A stretch of 64,000 nt of DNA from an uncultured Alphaproteobacteria bacterium (GTDB lineage: Bacteria > Pseudomonadota > Alphaproteobacteria > CAAHEQ01 > UBA3637), in assembly GCA_944392795.1 (NCBI GenBank), contig CALXXX010000037.1:601-64600 (forward strand), read 5' to 3'. Made by a program: the position numbers and the translations under genes. Positions 47,734 through 56,954 of this stretch are shown here, piece by piece. Every line of letters starts with the position of its first letter. Position 1 is the stretch's first letter. Below the pieces are notes generated by a model. That model saw nothing but the letters and a program-made list of their open reading frames with translations, did no database searches and was not told where the DNA came from.

Positions 47734-48231
47734 TTATTCTCCAGATAAAATAGATTTTAAACGGTTCGATGCTTCTTCTAAATCAATTGATTCACATGCA
47801 GCATACTCGTGAGCCAAACGACCAAAAGCTTGTTCAAAAACTTGTCTTTCAGAATAAGATTGCTCACCTTTATCAGCTGGTTTATGCAAATCACGCACAA
47901 CCTCGGCAATCAAGCATGGATCTCCAGAGTTAATTTTTGCATCATATTCTTGACTTCTGCGGCTCCACATCGTCTTTTTAACTTTAGGCTTACCCTTTAA
48001 ACTTTCAAGAGCTGTCTGCATAATATCCTTGCTGGACAGAGGACGAAGCCCCGTTTTATTCATATTTGTCATAGGAATGCGCATGGTCATACGATCTTTA
48101 TCAAAATTGACGGCGATTAACTCTAACTTTTGTCCGCCGACTTCCGATTGTGTAATATCAACCACTTTTCCAACGCCATGAGTCGGATAAACAACAAAAT
48201 CACCTGGATTAAAACGATATTCTTTTGACAT
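47734..48231 (-). CDS. carD: CarD/CdnL-family RNA-polymerase-binding transcriptional regulator
   Basis: N-terminal FNPGDFVVYPTHGVGKVVDI (the CarD_CdnL_TRCF RNAP-interacting domain). 165 aa. Confidence 0.75.
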   Translation of the reverse strand: MSKEYRFNPGDFVVYPTHGVGKVVDITQSEVGGQKLELIAVNFDKDRMTMRIPMTNMNKTGLRPLSSKDIMQTALESLKGKPKVKKTMWSRRSQEYDAKINSGDPCLIAEVVRDLHKPADKGEQSYSERQVFEQAFGRLAHEYAACESIDLEEASNRLKSILSGE

Positions 48232-48298
48232 TTATTTCCTTCTCTTTTTTTACTTTCGTTTTTCTTATATAGCACACTTTTTAAAAAAAAGCAAAGAT

Positions 48299-48334
48299 AA
48301 AAAAACCGATCCCAAAAAAGGATCGGCTTTTTTC
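48299..48334 (-). terminator. Rho-independent terminator downstream of fdxA
   Basis: CCGATCC…GGATCGG hairpin with flanking A and T runs, located between fdxA and carD. Confidence 0.5.
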
Positions 48335-48342
48335 TTTTTAAA

Positions 48343-48582
48343 TTATTTTTCTGCTTGTGGCCATTCTTTTGCTTTTTCAGCGTTGAATTGAACCCATTTT
48401 TCATCCGCTTCATCCGACGAGCTGATAGCACCATGCGGACATTCGGAAATGCAGATACCACATTCAATACATGTATCTGGATCTACAACAACCATGTTCT
48501 CCCCTTCATGGAAAGCATCCACAGGGCAAACTTCTACACAGCTTTTGCATAATTGACAAGCATCACTTACTACTGAAGGCAT
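48343..48582 (-). CDS. fdxA: FdxA-type ferredoxin (2 Fe-S cluster motifs)
   Basis: CQLCKSCVEVCPVDAF and CIECGICISECP cluster motifs. C-terminal …KWVQFNAEKAKEWP… resembles Azotobacter-type FdxA. 79 aa. Confidence 0.8.
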   Translation of the reverse strand: MPSVVSDACQLCKSCVEVCPVDAFHEGENMVVVDPDTCIECGICISECPHGAISSSDEADEKWVQFNAEKAKEWPQAEK

Positions 48583-48661
48583 CTTAAATCTCCTTATACG
48601 TTTTTAAAACCATTCTTACATAGCTCATTTTTTTTAAAAAAACAAGTATCTTTTTTAAAGA

Positions 48662-48691
48662 CTTGCTTTTTTATGTATTTCACTCCATATA
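48662..48691 (+). promoter_or_regulatory. Candidate RpoH (sigma32)-type heat-shock promoter upstream of htpG
   Basis: CTTG…(~19 nt)…CCATATAA about 33 nt upstream of the htpG ATG, followed by an AAGAAAGGA RBS. It resembles the alphaproteobacterial sigma32 consensus (CTTG-N-CCCATAT). Confidence 0.25.
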
Positions 48692-48722
48692 AAAGTAAAT
48701 TAAAAATAAGAAAGGATTCAAA

Positions 48723-50576
48723 ATGACACAAGAAAAACATTCTTTTCAGGCTGAAGTCAGCCAAGTTTTAGATATCGTCGTCAATGCGCTTTACTCACAT
48801 AGCGAGATTTTTTTACGCGAGCTCATTTCAAATGCTTCTGATGCTTGCGATAAGCTCCGTTATGCAGCTTTAACACACCCTGATTTAATGAAAGAACATG
48901 GTTCTTTTGAAATTAAATTGATACCCAATAAATCAGAAAAAACTTTATCTATTATTGATAATGGTATCGGAATGAATAAAGAAGATTTAATCGAAGATTT
49001 AGGAACTATTGCAAAATCAGGCTCTGCTGAATTTGCTAAGCATCTAACCGGAGACGCTAAAAAGGATTTAGCGCTTATTGGACAATTCGGCGTCGGTTTT
49101 TATTCAGCTTTTATGGTGGCTGATAAAGTCGAAGTTCTCACGCGCAAAGCAGGAGACAAAACAGGTTGGTTATGGTGCAGCTCCGGCAAAGGTGAATTCA
49201 CCATTGAAGAAGAACCAAAAGCGGAAATTGGTACAAAAATCACTTTACACCTCAAGAAAGACTTTATGGAATATACAGATCCTATGCGACTAAGATATGT
49301 TGTCCGTCAATACTCAGATCATATTTCTATTCCAATTATCTTAGATGCTGATGGGAAAAAAGAAACCATCAATTCAGCTTCTGCTTTGTGGACACGTCCG
49401 AAATCAGAAATTACAGAAGAACAATATCGTGATTTTTACCGTCATTTAACACATAATTTCGATGAACCCTGGTTGACGCTTCACTATACGGCAGAAGGCG
49501 TAATTGAATATCGAGCTCTTCTGTTTATTCCTCAAAAAGCGCCATTTGATTTATTTCAACCGGATAAAAAACATGCTTTAAATTTATATGTCAACCGTGT
49601 CTTTATTTCTGATGAAGTCACGGATTTATTACCTCACTACTTCCGGTTTGTAAGAGGAATAATAGACACTTCTGAATTACCTCTGAATGTCAGCCGTGAA
49701 ATGCTACAACATACGCCTGTGCTTACAAAGATTAAAAAAGGCATTGTTCATCGGCTCTTGGATGAATTAAAGAAAAAAGCAAACGATAAAGAAAATTATG
49801 AAGTTTTCTGGCACGATTTTGGCATTGTTTTCAAGGAAGGACTCTATGAAGATCAAGAAAACGCCAAGAAAATAGCTGACTTATGCTTATTTTCCAGCAC
49901 AAAAGATGATAAATTAACATCTTTTGCTGACTATGTTGCTCGCATGCCGAAAGAACAAAAAAATATCTACTATCTGACCGGAGACGATTTAGCAACACTT
50001 AAAAATAATCCTCAGTTAGAAGGCTTTACAGCAAGAGGAATTGAAGTTTTATTGTTAACTGATCCTATTGATGAGTTCTGGCCTCAAATGTTTACAGAAT
50101 ATGATGGTAAAAAAATTCGTCCGATAACACATCCAGACACTGATATTGATAAGGTAAAAGCAATTGAAGAAATAACCGGAGAATCAATTGAAGAAAACCT
50201 GCGAACTGTTTTAATCGCTAAATTTAAAGAAGTGCTTGGAAAAGAAGTCAACGACATTAAAATTACCAACCGTTTAAATAAATCTCCTGTTGCTCTTGTT
50301 GCCGGAGAAGGACAAATGAGCATTCACTTGGAACGCTTGATGAAGCAACATGGACAAGCTCAAGCTTTTTCCAGCAACCGTACATTAGAGCTCAATCCTC
50401 GTCATCCTGTCATAAAGAAACTAGCGACAGCGATTTTTGAAAAAAAAGAAGAACAAAAAGTTTTGGATGCAATATGGGTTTTATACGATCAAGCTAGAGC
50501 CATTGAAGGAGAACCACTGCGAGATCCTGCCGGCTTCATAGCAAAAGTTAATAACTTTTTGGAAAGCGGATTATAA
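48723..50576 (+). CDS. htpG: Molecular chaperone HtpG (Hsp90)
   Basis: 617 aa. HSEIFLRELISNASDACDKLRY N-terminal ATPase motif and GQFGVGFYSAFMVADKV. Confidence 0.92.
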   Translation: MTQEKHSFQAEVSQVLDIVVNALYSHSEIFLRELISNASDACDKLRYAALTHPDLMKEHGSFEIKLIPNKSEKTLSIIDNGIGMNKEDLIEDLGTIAKSGSAEFAKHLTGDAKKDLALIGQFGVGFYSAFMVADKVEVLTRKAGDKTGWLWCSSGKGEFTIEEEPKAEIGTKITLHLKKDFMEYTDPMRLRYVVRQYSDHISIPIILDADGKKETINSASALWTRPKSEITEEQYRDFYRHLTHNFDEPWLTLHYTAEGVIEYRALLFIPQKAPFDLFQPDKKHALNLYVNRVFISDEVTDLLPHYFRFVRGIIDTSELPLNVSREMLQHTPVLTKIKKGIVHRLLDELKKKANDKENYEVFWHDFGIVFKEGLYEDQENAKKIADLCLFSSTKDDKLTSFADYVARMPKEQKNIYYLTGDDLATLKNNPQLEGFTARGIEVLLLTDPIDEFWPQMFTEYDGKKIRPITHPDTDIDKVKAIEEITGESIEENLRTVLIAKFKEVLGKEVNDIKITNRLNKSPVALVAGEGQMSIHLERLMKQHGQAQAFSSNRTLELNPRHPVIKKLATAIFEKKEEQKVLDAIWVLYDQARAIEGEPLRDPAGFIAKVNNFLESGL

Positions 50577-50603
50577 AAAAAGCGCCATTAGGCGCTTTTT
50601 TTA
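50577..50603. terminator. Bidirectional rho-independent terminator between htpG and the convergent Cys-rich gene
   Basis: A7, then GCGCC ATTA GGCGC, then T7. The T-run overlaps the stop of the minus-strand gene (50601-50603). Confidence 0.65.
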
Positions 50604-52292
50604 AACACCTTCTACTACTTCGTAATCTGTATTAGGATAACCCTCTATCAGCTTAATTTCTCCCCGAACACTGTGACAGCCATAGCCTGTCCCAGTCCAG
50701 TAAGCATATTGATTTTTCTCACAGCAATATTGTTGTTGTGGAAATCCAATAACGTCTAAAAATTCAGCTGAATTATTACAACAACCGTATTCTTTTTCAA
50801 GTGTTTGAAAAACTGTATCCGCAGGTTCACAACATGTTGCTTTTCCATTTTTCCAAACAGCTCCGGCATTTCCTTCTTTTGTTGTTTCACAACAAGTCTG
50901 CATATTTTTTGGCGCACCGACAACATCAACAACTTGACGCATAATAGTGATTGTTTCTCGAAGATTATCATCAATTCCTCGCTCAATTGCACAACATTCA
51001 TAATCTGTCTCTGTCTTGTAAACACTTCCATCACAACACAAAGATTGATTATTCTTAAAATACCCGACAAATTGAGAAGATTTCATAATTTTCAAACAAC
51101 AAGTTTTACGAGGATTAGGTGCTCCAATTACATCAACAAAAGCATTATAGCCCCCATCGGTATTAGAGTATTGGCAACATTGAACTTCTCCATTATCATT
51201 GACATAAGCATGTTTCGTCACGTCGCAACATGTTTGGTAATTTCGTCCAAAGATATCAGTTGCAAAACCATAATCCATATCACTACTACAACATCCATAA
51301 AATCCATCCTCTTTCTTGTAAGCTCCATTTTCTAAACAACAAGCAATCTTTTTTCCAGTAAATACGGGTTGCATGCTCGAAACTTCTGTCATTTCTCCTG
51401 TATCATAATTAACACTTCCACAACAAGCTTCTCCTGTTCCACCTAAAACAGGTAATGGATAACTACAACATCTATATCCTCCATCAGGATTAAAAGCCGC
51501 TTGCTCATTTCCATAACAACACAACGTTTTTCCACCACTAACTGGAACAGCCTCATTTGCTTTATTCCCTCTATAAAGTGGACAACAACTTTCGCTATTA
51601 TACCCATCGATTTGAACCGGAACAACAGAAGCATAATCCAAACAACATTCCTTCTTATCTCCTGTATAACTTTTATAAGTCTGTTCGTTTTTACAATCGC
51701 CTGAGGGAGAAGAAAGAGTCAAATCAAATAAACCAAAAGGAATTCTAAGTACTTTTTTTCCCTCAACAGCCCAGGCAGATGAAACAAATAACGTCACAGC
51801 TGCTTCGTCAAAAATATCACAAACACTGTAATCCGGATTACTAGGATCAAATTCTCGATCACCAACCTGGAGCATATAAGGCGTTGCAAATGGTTTATGC
51901 AAAAGCTCCACACACGTTTCACGTGTCAAATTTGAAATTTCAACCACAAAGGCAGCACCATCATTTTCCGTTTCTTCCACCCGATAAACAGAAACATCAT
52001 ACGGATTTTCTTTAAGTTCCGGAATAGGAATCTCTGTTTCTGCCTCATAAACGCTTAAATCTTCTTTGTCCCACAAAACGAATGTTCGACGTTGAATATC
52101 ATCATAGATATCATTGGCTGTATTCTTAACTTGCAGCTTGCTATACATTGTCAAAGCAACTATTGATAAAACACCTATCAACGCCAAAACACCTAAGAGT
52201 TCTATCATACCTCGACCTTTTTGAAGAGATTTTGTCAAATGAAAATCTTTCTTGCGAAAGACTTGTTTTGCATTAAAGATGGTATGAAACAT
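50601..52292 (-). CDS. Secreted or membrane-anchored Cys-rich repeat protein, 563 aa (about 10 di-cysteine CC modules; N-terminal pilin-like hydrophobic segment)
   Basis: N-terminus …KGRGMIELLGVLALIGVLSIVALTMYS is a signal anchor resembling a prepilin leader. The body contains recurring …xCC…(Y/F)…G…xCC… modules roughly every 25-30 aa (TCCETTKEG…ATCCEP…YGCCNNS…YCCEK…; LCCYGNEQAAF…YRCCSYP…; IACCLENGAYKKEDGFYGCCSSD…). Confidence 0.55.
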   Translation of the reverse strand: MFHTIFNAKQVFRKKDFHLTKSLQKGRGMIELLGVLALIGVLSIVALTMYSKLQVKNTANDIYDDIQRRTFVLWDKEDLSVYEAETEIPIPELKENPYDVSVYRVEETENDGAAFVVEISNLTRETCVELLHKPFATPYMLQVGDREFDPSNPDYSVCDIFDEAAVTLFVSSAWAVEGKKVLRIPFGLFDLTLSSPSGDCKNEQTYKSYTGDKKECCLDYASVVPVQIDGYNSESCCPLYRGNKANEAVPVSGGKTLCCYGNEQAAFNPDGGYRCCSYPLPVLGGTGEACCGSVNYDTGEMTEVSSMQPVFTGKKIACCLENGAYKKEDGFYGCCSSDMDYGFATDIFGRNYQTCCDVTKHAYVNDNGEVQCCQYSNTDGGYNAFVDVIGAPNPRKTCCLKIMKSSQFVGYFKNNQSLCCDGSVYKTETDYECCAIERGIDDNLRETITIMRQVVDVVGAPKNMQTCCETTKEGNAGAVWKNGKATCCEPADTVFQTLEKEYGCCNNSAEFLDVIGFPQQQYCCEKNQYAYWTGTGYGCHSVRGEIKLIEGYPNTDYEVVEGV

Positions 52293-52430
52293 AAGACACT
52301 CCTATTAAAAATTTTAATCGATATTTTAATAATTTTAACCTATCGTTTTATTCTTACTAGTTTATTCGTTAATAGTCAATTTTTTATCTTCAACTTGACA
52401 AAAATAAAAAAAACGTATACTCTGTCTCGC

Positions 52431-52763
52431 ATGAAAAAATACATCTTTTTATTCTGTTTAATGCTCTTAACCGCCTGCATGCAAGTGGGCGATAAGCAGA
52501 CAAATACCATTTTAACATTAGCTAAATCTGATAGTTTATCTACCTTACAAGGAAAAACGCCAGAAGAAATTATTGCTATTTTAGGTGAACCGGCAATTGT
52601 TCGAACCGAAAAACCTCATCAAACTTGGGCATATAAAGCACCTGATTGCGCCTTATTCGTTTTTTTTAACGGAGATGGACTTTCTTGCTATACGGAAGCT
52701 AAAGGCTCTTGCGACAAGCATGTTGCTCGTCAAATTTTAGCCCAAAAACAACACGTTCTTTAG
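52431..52763 (+). CDS. Small lipoprotein, 110 aa
   Basis: MKKYIFLFCLMLLTACMQ gives a lipobox LTAC. The ORF frame nominally starts at 52221 but overlaps the minus-strand gene, so the ATG at 52431 is taken. A possible TTGACA-N15-TATACT sits immediately upstream (52395-52421). Confidence 0.5.
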   Translation: MKKYIFLFCLMLLTACMQVGDKQTNTILTLAKSDSLSTLQGKTPEEIIAILGEPAIVRTEKPHQTWAYKAPDCALFVFFNGDGLSCYTEAKGSCDKHVARQILAQKQHVL

Positions 52764-52765
52764 TT

Positions 52766-54040
52766 TTACTCTTCCGGCAAGCCTTTTATACGCTCAATGT
52801 CTGCACCAAGCACACGCATTTTTTGCTCTAGCTGATCATAGCCTCTGTCCAAATGGTAAACGCGGTTAACAATTGTCTCTCCTTCAGCGGCTAAACCTGC
52901 CAAAACCAAAGCGGCAGAAGCGCGTAAGTCTGAAGCCATAACCTGTGCACCAGATAATTTCGGAACGCCATGAATAATCGCTGTTCGGCTTCCTTGCAAC
53001 CGAATATCCGCTCCCATACGCACCAGCTCCTGAACATGCATAAAGCGATTTTCAAAAATATTCTCGGTGACTGAAGATGTCCCCTTTGCCAAACACATCA
53101 AAGCCATCACCTGAGCTTGAACATCTGTTGGAAAACCAGGATATTCTTCGGTTGCTATATCTGTTGCCCTTAATTCACATCCTGTCGCTTTCACGATCAA
53201 TCCGTTGTTTTTTTCAATCACATCCAGTCCCATATATGTCAGTGTAAAAACAACATCTTCCATTAAATGCAAAAAAGCATTTTCCATATAAATTTCGCCA
53301 CCGGTAATACCTGCCGCCACAGCATAAGTCGCAGCTTCAATACGGTCAGGAATAACAGTATGATTCGTTCCGTGAAGGCTATCAACGCCATCAATAACAA
53401 GCCGACGCGTCCCAGCTCCTTGTATTTTGGCGCCCATTTCAATCAAGCATCGAGCCAAATCTGTCACTTCTGGTTCTGCCGACGCATTGATGATTTCTGT
53501 TCGTCCCTTTGCCAAAACAGCCGCCATAATGGTATTCATTGTCCCACCCATCGTTTGCAGCTGAAAAATAACCTTATTTCCTTTTAACGGTCCATCAGAC
53601 TTTGCAACAACGTATCCATTTTGAATCTGAACATCTGCGCCCAATTGCTCCATAGCATATAAATGCCGATCAACAGGTCGTGTCCCGATAGCACATCCTC
53701 CTGGTAAAGAAATTTTAGCATGCCCAAAGCGACCCAACAATGGACCTAGTACCCAAAAAGAAGCACGCATCCGTGAAACCAATTCATAAGGAGCTTCACA
53801 ACAATGAATATTGGCTGCTTTAATCCGCAGAACATTCCCCTCAAAAGAAACATCCGCCCCCAAATGAACCAAAACATCCGTCATTGTTCGGATATCTGTT
53901 AAATTCGGAACATCTCGCAAAACAACTTCTTCGTCTGTTAAAAGCGCACACGCCATCAATGGCAAAACAGCATTTTTTGCTCCCTTAATTCGCACATGCC
54001 CTTTTAAAGGCGCGCCGCCCACAATTCTGATTTTATCCAT
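52766..54040 (-). CDS. murA: UDP-N-acetylglucosamine 1-carboxyvinyltransferase
   Basis: MDKIRIVGGAPLKGHVRIKGAKNAVLPLM… and the active-site region …LPGGCAIGTRPVD… 424 aa. Confidence 0.9.
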   Translation of the reverse strand: MDKIRIVGGAPLKGHVRIKGAKNAVLPLMACALLTDEEVVLRDVPNLTDIRTMTDVLVHLGADVSFEGNVLRIKAANIHCCEAPYELVSRMRASFWVLGPLLGRFGHAKISLPGGCAIGTRPVDRHLYAMEQLGADVQIQNGYVVAKSDGPLKGNKVIFQLQTMGGTMNTIMAAVLAKGRTEIINASAEPEVTDLARCLIEMGAKIQGAGTRRLVIDGVDSLHGTNHTVIPDRIEAATYAVAAGITGGEIYMENAFLHLMEDVVFTLTYMGLDVIEKNNGLIVKATGCELRATDIATEEYPGFPTDVQAQVMALMCLAKGTSSVTENIFENRFMHVQELVRMGADIRLQGSRTAIIHGVPKLSGAQVMASDLRASAALVLAGLAAEGETIVNRVYHLDRGYDQLEQKMRVLGADIERIKGLPEE

Positions 54041-54045
54041 AATCT

Positions 54046-54615
54046 CTATCCTCTTTGTTGTTTGCGCAATTTTAAGTTTCGACGAACCAGCTCGGCTTCT
54101 TCATCAAACTTCTGTTGCTCTTTCGGTGACAAATTTAAATGAGAAATACCCTCTTTAGCAAGTTTTTTTTGTCGAGCCGGTGTTTCCACAATTAAAGTGA
54201 CGGGACCATCATTTAAAATTGAAACTTGCATATCTGCTTGAAAAATACCATTCGCCGTCGGAACACCTAATTTTCTTACTGCTTCGATAAAAGCTTCATA
54301 TAATGCTTTTGCTTTAGTGGGCTCACCTGCTCCGGTAAATGACGGACGACGCCCCTTTTCACAATCTCCGAACAAAGTAAACTGAGAAATAATCAACATA
54401 CTTCCCTTTTCATCCAGAAGAGAACGGTTCATCTTGGCATTTTCATCTTCAAAAATACGCAAGTTAACAAGCTTTTGTGCCATCCATTCGACATCTGTCA
54501 GCTCATCCTCATGTCCGACGCCCAATAAAACGGTCAATCCTTTACCAATAGAACCGACTTCTTCTCCTTTTACAGAAACAGAAGAAGATAAAACACGTTG
54601 CACAACAGCTTTCAT
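54046..54615 (-). CDS. dtd: D-aminoacyl-tRNA deacylase with basic C-terminal extension
   Basis: MKAVVQRV…SQFTLFGD…GRRPSF… Dtd fold. An extra ~40-aa Lys/Arg/Gln-rich tail. Confidence 0.78.
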   Translation of the reverse strand: MKAVVQRVLSSSVSVKGEEVGSIGKGLTVLLGVGHEDELTDVEWMAQKLVNLRIFEDENAKMNRSLLDEKGSMLIISQFTLFGDCEKGRRPSFTGAGEPTKAKALYEAFIEAVRKLGVPTANGIFQADMQVSILNDGPVTLIVETPARQKKLAKEGISHLNLSPKEQQKFDEEAELVRRNLKLRKQQRG

Positions 54616-56090
54616 GAATCTTCCCTGTTAATTAAATATTGTGTTAATAACTGAACACCGAAACCTGTGGCTCCTTTCGGAGAACAAGGTTTGTCAGCTG
54701 TCAGCCATCCAACACTGGCAATATCCAAGTGTGCCCATTTAACACCTTCTGCAATAAAGTTCTTCAAAAACATAGCTGCCGTCGCAGAACCTGCTTCACC
54801 ACCTTTGGCGATATTAGATAAATCTGCTATATCGGAAGATAACATTTTTTCATATTCCGGATGTAAAGGTAATTCCCAAATCTTATCCATAACTGTTTCT
54901 TCCGATGCCTTTTTCAAAGCAGTTCCCAGACTATTATCATTTGTAAATAAGCCAGCATACTGACTACCGAAAACATATTTCATAACGCCCGTCAAAGTCG
55001 CAATATCTATCATAATTTGAGGATGATATGTCTCTTGCCCATACCACATGGCATCAGCCAGTATCAATCGTCCTTCAGCATCTGTATTACTGATCTCAAC
55101 CGTTTTTCCGTTCATCGCCTGAACAACATCATCCGTATGAGCGGCTTTAGAAGACAGCATATTTTCTACCAAGGGAACAATTCCAACTATATTTTGCTTT
55201 AATCCCAACTCAGAAATAGCACGCATCGTCCCGACAACCGCTGCTCCACCTGCCATATCATACTTCATATGTGTTAATCCAGCCGTTGGTTTTAAATTCA
55301 TGCCACCACTATCAAAACAAACGCCCTTACCCACTAAAACAACAGGAGCTTCATCCTTTTTCCCTTTCATATACTCCATCATCAAAAGATAGGGAGCTTC
55401 CGAAGCACCTTGAGCTACTGTTAAAACTAAATTCATTCCAAGCTTTTGCATTTGCTTTTTATCTAAAACTTTTAATGCAACATTTTTCATTTTTAGCGTT
55501 TTAACGGCCTCAACGAATTCTCGAGGAGGAAGCATATTCGCCGGTTCAGAGGCTAAATCTCTTGCCTCATACACGCCATTCAAAACTGAAAAAAGGCTGG
55601 TAAAGGCATTCTCATCCGCCTCGACTTCAGAAGACAAAATACGAACAAGTTCTACTTCAGGGGTTTCCTTTTTCTTTGTTTTATAAACATCAAATGAATA
55701 AGTTCCCAACCCTAAACAAAAAGCCAAATATGCTGCGGCAGTTCCCGTTTTTACTTTAACTTCTGATAAACCACTTGTGCAAATCATGACTTCTTTTTGA
55801 CGAACTTTTTTCAAAACAGAAGCCAACGAACCTCCGACTGTTTGAAGCCATGTCTCTACACCGCCTTCTACTTTACCGACACCAACCAAGGTCACATTCA
55901 AGCCCGTCGGCAATAAAACTGTACAAAACTCACCCTTACAACCATTAAAATTCTGAGCGGTTATCGCACGTGCCAGTGTTTCTTCTTTATCTTCTCGAGC
56001 CAATCGAGGTGGAACACCCATCCCCTCTAAAACAGGCGCAATCAATGTCCCCTGTAAAGCACCCTCAGAATTTTTAAACTCAAATTTCAT
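54612..56090 (-). CDS. pepA: Leucyl aminopeptidase (M17)
   Basis: [13 protein letters not shown] and DIATLTG M17 active-site motifs. 492 aa. Confidence 0.85.
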   Translation of the reverse strand: MKFEFKNSEGALQGTLIAPVLEGMGVPPRLAREDKEETLARAITAQNFNGCKGEFCTVLLPTGLNVTLVGVGKVEGGVETWLQTVGGSLASVLKKVRQKEVMICTSGLSEVKVKTGTAAAYLAFCLGLGTYSFDVYKTKKKETPEVELVRILSSEVEADENAFTSLFSVLNGVYEARDLASEPANMLPPREFVEAVKTLKMKNVALKVLDKKQMQKLGMNLVLTVAQGASEAPYLLMMEYMKGKKDEAPVVLVGKGVCFDSGGMNLKPTAGLTHMKYDMAGGAAVVGTMRAISELGLKQNIVGIVPLVENMLSSKAAHTDDVVQAMNGKTVEISNTDAEGRLILADAMWYGQETYHPQIMIDIATLTGVMKYVFGSQYAGLFTNDNSLGTALKKASEETVMDKIWELPLHPEYEKMLSSDIADLSNIAKGGEAGSATAAMFLKNFIAEGVKWAHLDIASVGWLTADKPCSPKGATGFGVQLLTQYLINREDS

Positions 56091-56258
56091 GTTTCCTCTC
56101 TTTGCTATGATTTCTTCTGTTCATAGATATAAACGGGATTATCAGATTTTTCAAATGAAAAATACATTCCTTCTTTTCCCTTTATAAAAGAAATATTTTC
56201 AGACTTGCCTTTTTATCTGATTTTGTTATGCTGAAACCATAACTAGAAAGAGAGAACG

Positions 56259-56915
56259 ATGAAACAAATTAATTTCCCTAAAATTGACCTCACTCATGTG
56301 AAAGGGGTTTTAGTTGACCTAGATAATACACTTTATTGTTTTTCTTCTGCCAATAAATATGCTCTTCAAAAGGTATACTTATTTCTCCGAAAAAAAATGC
56401 CGATATCTCGTGAAGATTTTGAAAAAGAATATGAAGAAGCTTGGAAAAAACGCTTCGATCTTTTAGGTGCCGTTCCTTCCGCTCATTCTCGTTTTACCTT
56501 GTTTCAATTGTTCTTAGAAAAAAAGAATTTTCCAAAAGCTTATCTCTTAGCTCATCAATTAGAAGAAATTTATTTTAAAAACTTATATAAAAAAGCCAAA
56601 CCAGATAAAAACGCTCTTCTTTTTTTAAAAGAATGCCGCAAAAATAATATTCCTGTTTGCATAGTCACAGATCTATTCGGAACTATTCAAACCAATAAAC
56701 TCAAACGGATGAAACTAAACAAGTATATAGACTTCATCGTTACGAATGATGAACTCGGTGTCGATAAACCTCATTCTTCCTTGTTTAAACGAGGGCTAGA
56801 AAAATTAAATCTATCTCCTCATGAAGTCATTATGATTGGCGATAATCCCGAAAACGACATTAAAGGCGCTGAAGCACTCGGCATTCGTTCTTATCTCGTT
56901 GAAATGAACAAATAA
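56259..56915 (+). CDS. HAD-superfamily hydrolase
   Basis: Motif I VLVDLDNTLY and motif IV GDNPENDIKGA. 218 aa. Confidence 0.7.
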   Translation: MKQINFPKIDLTHVKGVLVDLDNTLYCFSSANKYALQKVYLFLRKKMPISREDFEKEYEEAWKKRFDLLGAVPSAHSRFTLFQLFLEKKNFPKAYLLAHQLEEIYFKNLYKKAKPDKNALLFLKECRKNNIPVCIVTDLFGTIQTNKLKRMKLNKYIDFIVTNDELGVDKPHSSLFKRGLEKLNLSPHEVIMIGDNPENDIKGAEALGIRSYLVEMNK

Positions 56916-56954
56916 TGCTTGCCAAAAAATAGGCTTTTTGTTATCTTGTAAAGC

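Noticed and set aside
50601-52292. Calling the Cys-rich protein a bona fide type IV pilin/pseudopilin
   Set aside because: The hydrophobic N-terminus follows a Gly, but the conserved Glu is at +3 rather than +5, and no pilus assembly genes are adjacent. It is described only as pilin-like.
52221-52430. N-terminal 70-aa extension of the lipoprotein ORF (frame starts at 52221)
   Set aside because: The extension overlaps the 5' end of the convergent Cys-rich gene and precedes a promoter-like TTGACA-N15-TATACT. The lipoprotein signal peptide begins at the ATG at 52431, so the gene is annotated from 52431.
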